NCBI GenBank assembly: GCA_963740315.1
Contig: CAVUDP010000002.1
Coordinates: 2,752,001 to 2,816,000 of the forward strand
From: an uncultured cyanobacterium
GTDB taxonomy: Bacteria > Cyanobacteriota > Cyanobacteriia > Cyanobacteriales > Nostocaceae
DNA length: 64,000 nt
Direction of reading: 5' to 3'
Shown here piece by piece: positions 21,365-31,623 of this stretch. A program made the translations under genes and the position numbers. Position 1 is the stretch's first letter; each line of letters begins with the position of its first letter. The notes below the pieces were generated by a model. That model was not told where the DNA came from. It ran no database searches and worked only from the letters and a program-made list of their open reading frames with translations.

Positions 21365-23251
21365 ATGAGCATCTCCAAACCTGTAAAAAAATCTTATCAG
21401 CAAAACCGTCTGCCTAAAAACGATTGGCGGTTATTTTTGCGTTTAGTTCCCTATGCCCGTCGTTATAAAAAAGTTTTGGGAATTTCAATGTTACTGCTGG
21501 TACCCGTAGCAGTAGCAAATGCCATACAGCCGTTAATAATCGGACAAGTTATTTCTTTAATTCGTAGAGAAGACAGTACCTACGGGTTTCTACTAAATAA
21601 TCCGGTACAAGGATTATATACTCTGCAAGCGGTTTTATTGATCGCGGTATTGATTCGCCTCTTGCTTAACGGTTATCAAGGATTTTTAGTCCAAAAAGTA
21701 GGGCAACAAATTACTGCCGATATTCGTAAAGATTTATTTCATCACGTCACTTCCTTAGCAGTGCGCTTTTTCGATAAAACGCCCGTAGGGAAATTAATTA
21801 CTAGATTGACATCAGACGTAGAAATATTAGGAGACGTATTTTCTACCGGCGCGATCGGTATATTATCGGATATATTTTCCACCCTGGTAATTATCGGCTT
21901 CATGTTTTACACTCAGTGGCAACTAGCTTTGTTGCTGGTGCTAATGCTTTTCCCCGTATCGGCATTAATTACCTACTTCCAGCACCAGTTTCGTAAAGCA
22001 AATTATAAAGCAAGAGAAGAACTTTCTATACTTAATTCCCAATTACAGGAAAATATTACAGGTATTAATGTAGTACAGTTATTTCGCCGCGAAAAATTTA
22101 ACGCTCAATTATTTGAGAAAACCAACAAACGTTACGTTAAACAAGTTGATATAACCATCTTTCACGACTCCGCAGTTTCAGCAACCCTAGAATGGATTGC
22201 TTTAGTCGCGATCGCCGCTGTATTGTGGATTGGTGGCTGGTTAATTTTGCGAGAACAATTAACAGTAGGGTTGTTAACAAGTTTTGTACTGTACGCTCAA
22301 CGATTATTCGATCCCTTACGGCAATTTGCAGAAAAATTTACGATCATTCAAGCAGGTTTTACCGCGATCGAAAGAGTTAACGATATTTTAGATGAACCCA
22401 TAGAAATACGCGATAAAGTTAATCCTAGATACTCGCTCTCGAATAGCTTTGAATTTGGATATATCGACAAAATTGTAGAAGACTTAGAAACCGTTGACGA
22501 TCGCCAAATCGATCGATCCAAACTAGGAGAAATCCGTTTTGAGCAAGTTTGGTTTGCTTATAAAGATGATGATTACGTCATCAAGAATTTGGATTTTACC
22601 ATCAATCCCGGAGAAAAAATCGCTTTAGTTGGTCCCACTGGTGCGGGAAAAAGTACTATTATTCGTTTATTATGCCGTCTTTACGAACCCAGCAAAGGAC
22701 GTATATTAGTAGATGGTATCGACATTCGAGAAATACCCCAAGCCGAATTAAGGCGATATATGGCGGTAATTTTACAAGAAGGATTTGTATTTGCTGGTGA
22801 TGTCAAAAGCAACATCTCATTAGGCGATAACTACACCTTTGAAGAAATCCAACAAGCAGCGCGATCGACAAATGTTGAAGATTTTATCGAAAAATTACCC
22901 CAAGGTTATAATAGCCAACTTAGAGAAAGAGGAACAAATATATCTAGCGGTGAAAAACAACTTTTAGCCTTTGCACGCGCTGCTATACGTAACCCTCAAA
23001 TTTTAGTATTAGACGAAGCAACCGCCAGCTTAGATGTTTCCACAGAAGCTTTAATTCAACAAGCTTTAAATCAGCTTTTAGCTCAACGTACAGCAATTAT
23101 TATCGCCCACCGTTTATCAACCATTCGCAACGTCAATCGGATTTTCGTACTCAAACGCGGCGAATTAATCGAACAAGGTAGTCATGAAGAATTATTACAG
23201 CAAGGTGGATTATACGCTACACTACACAATTTACAAATGTTGAATCAATAA
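21365..23251 (+). CDS. ABC exporter, fused TMD + NBD (MdlB-like)
   Basis: TM domain, GPTGAGKST, ISSGEKQ, LDEATASLD, IAHRLST. Confidence 0.95.
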   Translation: MSISKPVKKSYQQNRLPKNDWRLFLRLVPYARRYKKVLGISMLLLVPVAVANAIQPLIIGQVISLIRREDSTYGFLLNNPVQGLYTLQAVLLIAVLIRLLLNGYQGFLVQKVGQQITADIRKDLFHHVTSLAVRFFDKTPVGKLITRLTSDVEILGDVFSTGAIGILSDIFSTLVIIGFMFYTQWQLALLLVLMLFPVSALITYFQHQFRKANYKAREELSILNSQLQENITGINVVQLFRREKFNAQLFEKTNKRYVKQVDITIFHDSAVSATLEWIALVAIAAVLWIGGWLILREQLTVGLLTSFVLYAQRLFDPLRQFAEKFTIIQAGFTAIERVNDILDEPIEIRDKVNPRYSLSNSFEFGYIDKIVEDLETVDDRQIDRSKLGEIRFEQVWFAYKDDDYVIKNLDFTINPGEKIALVGPTGAGKSTIIRLLCRLYEPSKGRILVDGIDIREIPQAELRRYMAVILQEGFVFAGDVKSNISLGDNYTFEEIQQAARSTNVEDFIEKLPQGYNSQLRERGTNISSGEKQLLAFARAAIRNPQILVLDEATASLDVSTEALIQQALNQLLAQRTAIIIAHRLSTIRNVNRIFVLKRGELIEQGSHEELLQQGGLYATLHNLQMLNQ

Positions 23252-23368
23252 TCAATTATCAATTATCAATTATCAATAAACGCAAAAAACCCGACTTCTT
23301 CAAGAAGCCGGATTTAATTAAAAGCTTTACCGCAGCGTACAAGCTATTTTAAGCAAATTGCGGATGCA

Positions 23369-23893
23369 CTATTTACTGGAATTATTTCCGGTAGGAGGCT
23401 TAACTTGACGCGCCATATCTAAAAATGAATTCATATTAGCACCAGGACGACGGCGCATATTATTATTTTTAGGTATCAGATATTTAGGCGCAAAAAGAGT
23501 TTCCTTGTTATCTTCCGATTTATCTGTCGTTACAGCTTTCTTTGCAGCTTTCTCCTGTGCCTTTTTCTTCTCTTTAGGTACAGCGATCGCTTCTACACCT
23601 TTCGCTGTTTGTACCATCTCTACATCAACTTCTTTGACTTTATCGGATGCAACTTCTTTGACTTGATTGCCTTCATCCTTTACCTTAACTGTATTTTCTG
23701 ACTTAGCCTTAGTATCTTCTTTAGCTTTTACTGCTGTTTTTGCTTTATTCTCTGCTGGTTTTTTACCATTATTTGAAGCTTCAACTGGCTTAGAATCAGC
23801 CTTTGGCATTGGCTCATCAGGCTCTTCTTTTAATTGCAAAAAGAAGCCACCGTCTTTTTTCTTTCCACCAAGAAGTCCAGAAATAAATTTCAT
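23369..23893 (-). CDS. Low-complexity Lys/Glu-rich cyanobacterial hypothetical protein
   Basis: C-terminal RRRPGANMNSFLDMARQVK block after a disordered region. Confidence 0.75.
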   Translation of the reverse strand: MKFISGLLGGKKKDGGFFLQLKEEPDEPMPKADSKPVEASNNGKKPAENKAKTAVKAKEDTKAKSENTVKVKDEGNQVKEVASDKVKEVDVEMVQTAKGVEAIAVPKEKKKAQEKAAKKAVTTDKSEDNKETLFAPKYLIPKNNNMRRRPGANMNSFLDMARQVKPPTGNNSSK

Positions 23894-24214
23894 AATTGCC
23901 TCAGATTAATTATTTGATAAAACTAAACGCGCTTATTTCTTTTGTCTTTTATACCCGAATTTTGACCCAATTAATTAATAAATACGTATTTTTGTAAAGA
24001 TTTGTCAAAAATACTTGCTTATCTTATTCCATCTACTTTCTCAAAATTTTAGAAAAGACAATTGTCGAAGTATCAATTAAATTTAACTTTACTAACTACA
24101 AGCGCTCTATGACTTATATTCCAAGCGATCGCAGCATTAAAATACTTCATCTCAATTATTAGATTTTCTTGTAACCTAGAGCAAGATTGTCAAAGATGAT
24201 TTAACAAAAGTTTA

Positions 24215-24523
24215 CAGTGAACAGTGAACAGTGAACAGTGAGCAGTGAACAGTGAACAGTGAACAATTATTTTGATGCGTCCCCTAACTTCTTAATTACT
24301 GCTTCTATTCCGGTGAAAGATTACCTATTGCGTAGGGTTGGGTTGTACCTTCAGCATACCTAGCGTTGTTCACGCAGTATAACAAAGCGCTACGTTCTTC
24401 AAACTAGGCTACATTTCGGTAATTTTAGAATGGCAAGGAGTAACTGTCCACTGCTCACTGCTCACTGTTCACTGTTCACTGTTCACTGCTCACTGCTCAC
24501 TGGTAACTGGTAACTGCTCACTG
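24215..24523. repeat. Inverted pair of STRR tracts, (CAGTGAA)n ... (TTCACTG)n
   Basis: 24215-24265 and ~24445-24523 are reverse complements of each other. Confidence 0.85.
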
Positions 24524-24563
24524 ATTTCGTTACATTTTATAAATTAAAGTAAATATGTGTTAA

Positions 24564-25187
24564 ATGAATCAGGTAAATCAGCAGCGCAATCCCGTATTGT
24601 TGGTACATGGGATTTGGGATACGGGTAAAGTATTTCGGAGAATGATTCCTTACCTTAACGAAGGTGGTTGGAAGGTTTACGATTTGGATTTGGTTCCCAA
24701 TCATGGTGTCAAGGGTTTAGATGATTTAGCGCAACAGGTAGCGAATAAAGTTGAAGCTACCTTTGGATTGGAACAACCTTTTGATTTGCTTGGTTTTAGT
24801 ATGGGGGGAATTGTGAGTCGTTATTACGTGCAGCGATTGGGTGGAATCAAGCGCGTGAAGAGATTTATTACCCTTAGCGCACCAAATCACGGTACTACGA
24901 TCGCTTACTTTAATCAAGGGTTGGGTTGCGTGCAAATGCGTCCTTCGAGTGGTTTGCTCAAAGATTTAAATAGCGATGTAGCAATGTTGTCGCAAATCAA
25001 TTTTACCTCGATTTGGACACCTTTTGACGCGATGATTGTCCCCGCAGATAGTTCTAAAATGCCGGTAGGAGAAAACGTTGTGGTACCAGTTTTAACTCAT
25101 GCTTGGATGCTAACCGATAGCAAAAGTTTGAATGCGATCGCCACTGCATTGTCAGCACCAATTAAGTGCGATCGCCAACCTGTGTAA
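24564..25187 (+). CDS. Alpha/beta hydrolase, lipase class 2-like
   Basis: PVLLVHG, GFSMGG nucleophile elbow, APNHGT, catalytic D and H. Confidence 0.9.
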   Translation: MNQVNQQRNPVLLVHGIWDTGKVFRRMIPYLNEGGWKVYDLDLVPNHGVKGLDDLAQQVANKVEATFGLEQPFDLLGFSMGGIVSRYYVQRLGGIKRVKRFITLSAPNHGTTIAYFNQGLGCVQMRPSSGLLKDLNSDVAMLSQINFTSIWTPFDAMIVPADSSKMPVGENVVVPVLTHAWMLTDSKSLNAIATALSAPIKCDRQPV

Positions 25188-25593
25188 ATTCAGCATTACC
25201 AAAAATTGCTTCTGAATAACGGTAATATTTATATTCCATCAAGTTGTAAAATGGGTCTTCTAGAAAAAAAGTGCGATGTTCTAAGGGGGAATCTACAAAG
25301 CGGTTTTTGGCTGATTCCCTAAACGGTAAATTCCGTTGTTGCGCTCTTGAGAGTAAATCTTCCCAATCAGCTTCTTGAGTAAAAACCAATCCGAAATGTC
25401 TGGGATAAATACCTCGTTGGGGTGTCAGCAATTCCTTGGTAACGTGGGCTACTAATTGATGTCCGTAAAGATTGAGAATCAAAGCATTACGATTTTCTCT
25501 ACCGGGGGTGCATCCCAAACCATCAACGTAATACGCTTTTGTTTGAGCAATATCAATTACCGGGAATGCCATGTGGAAGATGACTTTGGACAT
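25162..25593 (-). CDS. VOC/glyoxalase family protein
   Basis: FHMAFPV.DI, YGHQLVAH, PRHFG, TFFLEDPFYNLMEYK; ATG at 25593. Confidence 0.9.
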   Translation of the reverse strand: MSKVIFHMAFPVIDIAQTKAYYVDGLGCTPGRENRNALILNLYGHQLVAHVTKELLTPQRGIYPRHFGLVFTQEADWEDLLSRAQQRNLPFRESAKNRFVDSPLEHRTFFLEDPFYNLMEYKYYRYSEAIFGNAEFTQVGDRT

Positions 25594-25758
25594 TGGGAAG
25601 GGGACAAGGAGACAAGGAGACAAGGAGACAAGGGGACAAGGAGAAGAAAATTAATCACTTCTAACCTTTAACCTTTAAGAAATATATACCTCTATTATAT
25701 AAAAATGGTATAACAACCACTTACTAACTGCTCATTAATAACCGTATTATTTTGATGT

Positions 25759-25847
25759 GGACTTACGCAAAGCCCCCCTTAAAAAGGGGGGTTGGGGGGA
25801 TCTCAGTGACTAGAATGATTATTTTCTCGTTGCGGTTGCGTAAGCCC
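25759..25847. mobile_element. MITE-like element
   Basis: TIR GGACTTACGCAA ... TTGCGTAAGCCC around a CCCCCCTTAAAAAGGGGG hairpin. Confidence 0.65.
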
Positions 25848-25876
25848 TATTGATAATTGATAATTGATAATTGATT

Positions 25877-26941
25877 ATGTTTGGAAACCATTTAATTGTC
25901 GGTGTTTCTGGTACTGCGTTAACTGATGAAGATAAAAGAATACTTAGTAAATTAAAACCCGTGGGGGTTTGTTTTTTTGCAAAGAATTTTCATCAAGGCG
26001 AATCTTATGAGGTCTGGTTGCAAAGTTATCGAAAATTAAATCAAGAAATACGAGAATATACCGAACGCGAATCGATGTTTGTCTCCATCGATCATGAAGG
26101 AGGAAGAGTAATTCGTCCACCTTTACCAATTACGCGATTTCCCTATAGTTATATGTGTCGCAAACGATCGCGATCGGTGGCTTCAGCTATGGCAGTAGAA
26201 CTAAAATCCTTGGGTATCAACGTTTCTTGGGCACCTGTCGCGGATATATTTTCTAACCCCAATAATCCGATAATTGGACCCCGCGCTTTCGATACAAACC
26301 CAGATACAGCCGCTGAATATGCTCGTGAATACTTCCTTGGACTCAAAGAATCGGGAATCATCGCTTGTGCTAAACATTTCCCCGGACACGGAGACACAAA
26401 CACCGATTCTCACTTAGCGTTGCCGATACTCGATTTAACTAAAGAAGCAATAGAAAAACGAGAATTGATACCTTTTAAAACATTAATTGCTGAAAAAATA
26501 CCTTTAATTATGACAGCACATATTCTCTTTCCGGAAATTGGAGGAGATATCGCAACTTTTTCTAAAGCAATTTTGAACGGAATACTTAGAAAAGAACTTG
26601 GTTTTGAAGGAGTTGTGGTTTCTGATGATTTAGATATGAAAGCCGTTGCGGATATGTATAGTAAAAGCGGTACGGTAGCACATACATTGAATGCAGGTTG
26701 CGATTTATTTTTAATGTGCGGTAATTTGCCTTCATCATCAACCGAAAGAATTGATTTTATTGCCGAGGATTTTGAGAAGTCGTTGGAAAATGGAAGCCTT
26801 GATGAATCGGTGGTAGAAGCAGCAAATGGAAGAATTGAAAAGCTGTTGAGAGAAACACCGCAATATTCAGTTGAGATGCTGGATAAAAAGATATTATTAC
26901 AGCACGCAGAATTGGCGATCGCTTGTAGTTTTGAAGAGTGA
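25877..26941 (+). CDS. nagZ: Beta-N-acetylhexosaminidase, GH3
   Basis: IDHEGGRV, KHFPGHGDTNTDSH, IMTAH, SDDLDM. Confidence 0.88.
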   Translation: MFGNHLIVGVSGTALTDEDKRILSKLKPVGVCFFAKNFHQGESYEVWLQSYRKLNQEIREYTERESMFVSIDHEGGRVIRPPLPITRFPYSYMCRKRSRSVASAMAVELKSLGINVSWAPVADIFSNPNNPIIGPRAFDTNPDTAAEYAREYFLGLKESGIIACAKHFPGHGDTNTDSHLALPILDLTKEAIEKRELIPFKTLIAEKIPLIMTAHILFPEIGGDIATFSKAILNGILRKELGFEGVVVSDDLDMKAVADMYSKSGTVAHTLNAGCDLFLMCGNLPSSSTERIDFIAEDFEKSLENGSLDESVVEAANGRIEKLLRETPQYSVEMLDKKILLQHAELAIACSFEE

Positions 26942-27102
26942 GAAAATATACTTATTTATAGATACCTGGCGGTTGAAACCGCAGCTACACAGGCAAAACC
27001 CACCGTGGCAGGGGTTTAAGAAAAGAGTGATTTTTAAAGTTTGTAGTTGCGCTTCAGCGCTAAATCCGGATTTAATATTAAAGTGCAACTACGAGCCTTT
27101 TT

Positions 27103-27304
27103 AGGGTGCATCCCAGTTTTTATTTTTTAATAATAGAATAACTGTCATTGCGTTCACGAAGTGTTCCCTCTTAGGGAAGGAGGAACGACGTTAGCGCAGC
27201 GTCTCCCGGAGGGAGATAGCAATCGCAAAATTTCTAAATAAAAACGAGTCCATGCGATTGCTTCGCTCCGCTCGCAATGACGCTCAAAAAAGTAGGATAC
27301 TCCC
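27103..27304. mobile_element. Nested MITE / GTCATTGCG...CGCAATGAC palindrome carrying small dispersed repeats
   Basis: Outer TIR GGGTGCATCCCAGTTTT / AAAAGTAGGATACTCCC and inner inverted repeat 27144-27281. Confidence 0.6.
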
Positions 27305-27451
27305 CCTTTTTATTTAATTTATGAATTGTGTTCTAAACACCTTATTTTAAGTTATTCACAGTTAATAGGGTTGGTGTTTTTTCAATTTTAAGTCAAGGTT
27401 GAAAGTAAAATACTTCAATCTAAAATCCAAAATCTAAAATCCAAAATCGAA

Positions 27452-30400
27452 TCACCTTGTTCTCAACAATTGTACGAAGGTATCGCTAACAGTATGATCT
27501 TTAGTATCGGCTGCATAATTTATCAATTTTTCCCGTAAATCTTTAGCTTCATTCAAACGTAGTAAAGTTGCGAGAAGAAAATAAACTCCGCGAAAACGCG
27601 GGTCGCCAATGTTATCAATTAATCTCGATTCTGCATCGTTACTATCGCCGAGGAATGTTTGCACGATAAAGTAATCCATAATTTTATCGTGACGAAAATA
27701 CCATTCCTTACAGCCTTCATCGTCGCAATCTTCCCACTGACGGCTAACAACCATTTTGTATTTCTCGTCTTCCATACAGAGTAATTCGTTGTAAAAATCA
27801 TCATCTGGTAACGCGCTTTCATCGTTAAGGCGCATTTGATAAACGGCTTCGGAAAACTGTTTGAGGGGAAAATCCTGTTGCCAAAATCGCTGGTATTCTT
27901 CCGCCATCAAGTTGTATTGCTGTTGTTGTAAGTGAAATACATTGGGATGTTCCCCTTGGGAAAGCATGAGAGCAACTAGCGTCAAATCCATCGGGTTGGA
28001 AAGTATTCGTTTGACTGCGGTTAATTCTTCTGGTGTTTGTGGAGTATTCAAGCTTTCATCAAGATAGCGATCGCAATTTTTTTGGTAATCGCTACCTTTG
28101 ATTTTGGCATCATGGGGAAGATGTGGTTCGCGAGAATATAGAAACTGTTGGATTTGCGATTTTTCTAAAGGTTGTAAATAATAAGTTTTAGCAGTAGAAG
28201 GTGGTTCCCATTCCAAGGGTTGGGTAGTCATGATGATATTACCCCGGAAATAACTTTCCACAAATTGTCTAATTTGAGCGCGAGTATCGGCTGTAACTTC
28301 GTTTAATCCATCAATACAAATATCTATAGCGCCACTGTAGATAAGATTTTTGAGAAATTGAGCGTCTTGAGCTTGTCCGTGAAGTTTGATTTGGATGGCT
28401 TCAATTACACCTTTTTCGCATTTACGAGCGGGTAAATATACGATAATTCGTTTTGAAGTTTTTACCAGGTAGCGGAGAAACATCGATTTACCCAAACCGG
28501 AATCTCCTTCTAATACTATTTGCCCTTGGATATTAGGAATTACTTGGGAAATTGCGGTAATTTTTGATGGAGATGGAGACGCGATGTTTTGCGTTTGTGT
28601 AATACCAGATTCGGGAAAATATATTCTTTCGTCAAAGTTGTTTAAACCAGCATCAGCGAGTAAAGAAGGTTGGAAAGGTTGAAATAGTTTGTGGCGGAGG
28701 AAAGGAATCCAAGCAAGGAGAAAGCCAACATAACCCATACCGAAAATACGTCTTACCCAAGGATTCCAGAAAAAGATGGCTTGGATTTGGGGGGATTTGG
28801 GATAAGCGAAGATGAGTATTAGCCAGAAAGCAGCGTGGATTAAGATGATATTTCTGAAAGTGAAAAACCATTGCCAACCTTTGAGGTTAGTGATTACTGA
28901 TTTTATTTTCTCAGCACGGGTAGATTTGATTGCATTAAGGTTATTGTAGTGTTTTTGTAGCAGCTTAATATCTGAAGCTTGCCAAGAAACTTCTTTGTTA
29001 GCTATAACTTCTGTAATTTGTCTTGCTAAATCTGTTTGTAATTCGGTTAAATTTTCATTTTGAGTTGCTTTCCAAGCTTTGAGAAATAAATTTAGTGTAT
29101 TTACCCCTTGTGAATGTGTAAGCTTTTGTGGAGTTGTTTGGGGTTTACCAATCCATTTGAGTAGGGTTTTTACATCTTCGGTTCCACCACTGAGGAAATA
29201 GGTTAAGAAACGCCAATTTTTAAATTCTGATTGACCTGCATAATAAAGGTTATCAAGAACAATAACAACTTCTTCTAAGTTTAGTTGTTGTAGATTTATC
29301 AAAGCTCTTGCTGCACTATTACGAAGATGTAAATCGGCTGATTTATCTTTGATGATATTGAGGATATCCTGAAAATAGGGTTTGACTACATCACCCATAT
29401 CCCCCAAAGCTTCTGCTGTATTAGAACGAATCCATGATTCAACAGATTTATCTTTAAGAATATCAGTGATATCTTTAAGGTAGGGTTTGGCTGCACTTCC
29501 CATATTTCCTAAAGTTCCTGCTAAACCAGCACGAACCCCTGAATCAAAGGATTCATCTTTTATTAAGTCGAATATTTCTTTGAGGTAGGGTTTAGCAGCA
29601 TCCCCCATATTAGTCAAACTTTGTGCAGCACCAAAACGAACATGCGAGTCAACTGATTCATCTTTGATTAAGTCCAATATTTCGTCGGATATTTCTTTGA
29701 GGTAGGGTTTACCTGCATCTCCCATACTACCCAAACCTTGTGCTGCCATATAACGAACATTTGAGTTAACTGATTTATCTTTGATAAAGTTAGCAATATC
29801 TTTGATATAAGGTTTAGCAGCATCTCCCATATTACTCAATGTAAATGCAGCAGCACTACGAGTATCTGAATTGACAGATTCATCTTTGAGAATATCGACT
29901 ATATCTTTAACGTAGGGTTTAGCAATATCACCCATATTCCTCAAAGTTAATACTGCGGACATACGAATTTTTAAGTCAACCGATTTATCTTCAATTAAGT
30001 CGAGGATGCCTTGAAGATAGGATTTATTAGCATCCCCCATATTATTTCTTAAAGCATATAAAAATAATAAGTTGCTACGAATATTTGCTTCAACAGATTT
30101 ATCTTTGACAAAATCGAGTATGTCTTTTATGTAGGGTTTAGCTATATCCCCCATATTTCCCAAAGCGAATGCTGCACTACCACGAACTTCTGAGTCAAGG
30201 GATTTATCTTTGAGAATATCGACGATTTCTTCAACGTAAGGTTTAGCAGCATCTCCCAAATTTCCTAAAGCTCTTGCTGCACTATTACGAACTTGTAAGT
30301 CAACGGATTGATTTTTAAAAAGTTTAGCAACCTTTTCAGCGACATCATCTGGTTTCTTAAGCAAGGGCTTCAAATCTTTAGCTTCATATTCAGCTAATTG

Positions 30401-30595
30401 ACTCAAAGCATTTTCCTTCACTTTGTCATAATCATCATCCAAAGCAGCCAAAATTCCATTAATCTGCCACTGTTGCGGCTTCGGTTTAGTTACGTTTTGA
30501 GCATTTACCCCAGGAAACGAGAGAAAAAATACAAGTAGAAACGTAATAGGAAAAAGTATAAAAGGTTGTTTAAAGAAGCCCTGATATTTAACCAT
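27452..30595 (-). CDS. Signal peptide + HEAT repeats + TM helices + NACHT-like P-loop NTPase
   Basis: Hydrophobic N-terminus ending VNA-Q, about ten 35-39 aa HEAT units (VR..AA.ALGNMGDAAKPY), two TM segments, GDSGLGKS, ICIDGLNE, NPMDLTL. Confidence 0.82.
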   Translation of the reverse strand: MVKYQGFFKQPFILFPITFLLVFFLSFPGVNAQNVTKPKPQQWQINGILAALDDDYDKVKENALSQLAEYEAKDLKPLLKKPDDVAEKVAKLFKNQSVDLQVRNSAARALGNLGDAAKPYVEEIVDILKDKSLDSEVRGSAAFALGNMGDIAKPYIKDILDFVKDKSVEANIRSNLLFLYALRNNMGDANKSYLQGILDLIEDKSVDLKIRMSAVLTLRNMGDIAKPYVKDIVDILKDESVNSDTRSAAAFTLSNMGDAAKPYIKDIANFIKDKSVNSNVRYMAAQGLGSMGDAGKPYLKEISDEILDLIKDESVDSHVRFGAAQSLTNMGDAAKPYLKEIFDLIKDESFDSGVRAGLAGTLGNMGSAAKPYLKDITDILKDKSVESWIRSNTAEALGDMGDVVKPYFQDILNIIKDKSADLHLRNSAARALINLQQLNLEEVVIVLDNLYYAGQSEFKNWRFLTYFLSGGTEDVKTLLKWIGKPQTTPQKLTHSQGVNTLNLFLKAWKATQNENLTELQTDLARQITEVIANKEVSWQASDIKLLQKHYNNLNAIKSTRAEKIKSVITNLKGWQWFFTFRNIILIHAAFWLILIFAYPKSPQIQAIFFWNPWVRRIFGMGYVGFLLAWIPFLRHKLFQPFQPSLLADAGLNNFDERIYFPESGITQTQNIASPSPSKITAISQVIPNIQGQIVLEGDSGLGKSMFLRYLVKTSKRIIVYLPARKCEKGVIEAIQIKLHGQAQDAQFLKNLIYSGAIDICIDGLNEVTADTRAQIRQFVESYFRGNIIMTTQPLEWEPPSTAKTYYLQPLEKSQIQQFLYSREPHLPHDAKIKGSDYQKNCDRYLDESLNTPQTPEELTAVKRILSNPMDLTLVALMLSQGEHPNVFHLQQQQYNLMAEEYQRFWQQDFPLKQFSEAVYQMRLNDESALPDDDFYNELLCMEDEKYKMVVSRQWEDCDDEGCKEWYFRHDKIMDYFIVQTFLGDSNDAESRLIDNIGDPRFRGVYFLLATLLRLNEAKDLREKLINYAADTKDHTVSDTFVQLLRTR

Positions 30596-30899
30596 AACTG
30601 CGAAATAATACAAAATAATTGGATTATCTGAGGTGTAGTTTTTTATTGCAATACAACAGTAAATTTAACTACAACGTTAGATGGATACAATTACTTAGGT
30701 ATTATTCCGGATGGTTTAAATATTTTGTTTAGGAAGAATATCTCTCTCTATTTCTTCCTCTGCGTACTCCGCGCTCTAGAAGGGTTTTTTATCGATAATT
30801 TTCTCTAATAAACGAATTATTTAGCTTCTTTCGTGTAGAAACAGCCAAGGAGTAATTTAAAATAAAATAGTTATAAAATATGAATTTCAGGTGATATGA

Positions 30900-31025
30900 A
30901 TGCTCCCTGCGGATATAGCAGTATACGGAAAAGATAAAAATTTACAACTTTTAGTTGAAGTCAAAAGTAGACTTAATTTTATAAACTTTGAATTCATATT
31001 CAGACTAATAAAAAAATATTATTAG
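30900..31025 (+). pseudogene. Fragment resembling a PD-(D/E)xK nuclease core
   Basis: MLPADIAVYGKDKNLQLLVEVKSRL..., 41 aa only. Confidence 0.45.
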
Positions 31026-31180
31026 TCCTATTTATAGGACTTTTGCTATTAGACTGGGACTTGCAGTCCCAGGCGGTTCAAAACGAGAACAGATAACTAT
31101 TAATCATTGTGACGAGAATCAGATGGTGCAAGATATGAAAAGGAAAGAAGTAATTATAAATATTTTGTTTTATCCATAAA

Positions 31181-31582
31181 TTAATGGTGCGTAACGGCAT
31201 TTTTAAATTTATAATTTCTATCGATAAATATTAAAGCCGTTACACACCCTACAAATAAAAAGCCTTCTAGAGCGCAGAGAAAAGAGTTAATGAGAGATTT
31301 TTCGTTTTATTCATAAGTTAATAGTGCGTAACGGCATTTTTAAATTTATAATTTCTATCGATAAATATTAAAGCCGTTACACAACGGCAATAAAGCGGGA
31401 AGAAAATCTACACTGCTTTTTGCCTCCCCTACAAATAAAAAAAACCCTTCTAGGCACAAAGAGCGCAGAGGAAAGAGTTAATGAGAGATTTTTCGTTTTT
31501 TCGGTAAGTTAATGGTGCGTAACGGCATTTTTAAATTTACAGTTTCTATCGATAAATATTCAAGCCGTTACACACCCTACAA
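31181..31582. repeat. Three tandem REP-doublet units (BIME-like)
   Basis: Near-identical units start at 31181, 31318 and 31509. Confidence 0.9.
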
Positions 31583-31623
31583 TATAATTCCTAACTCCTA
31601 ACACCATCCGTTGCCTAACTCTT

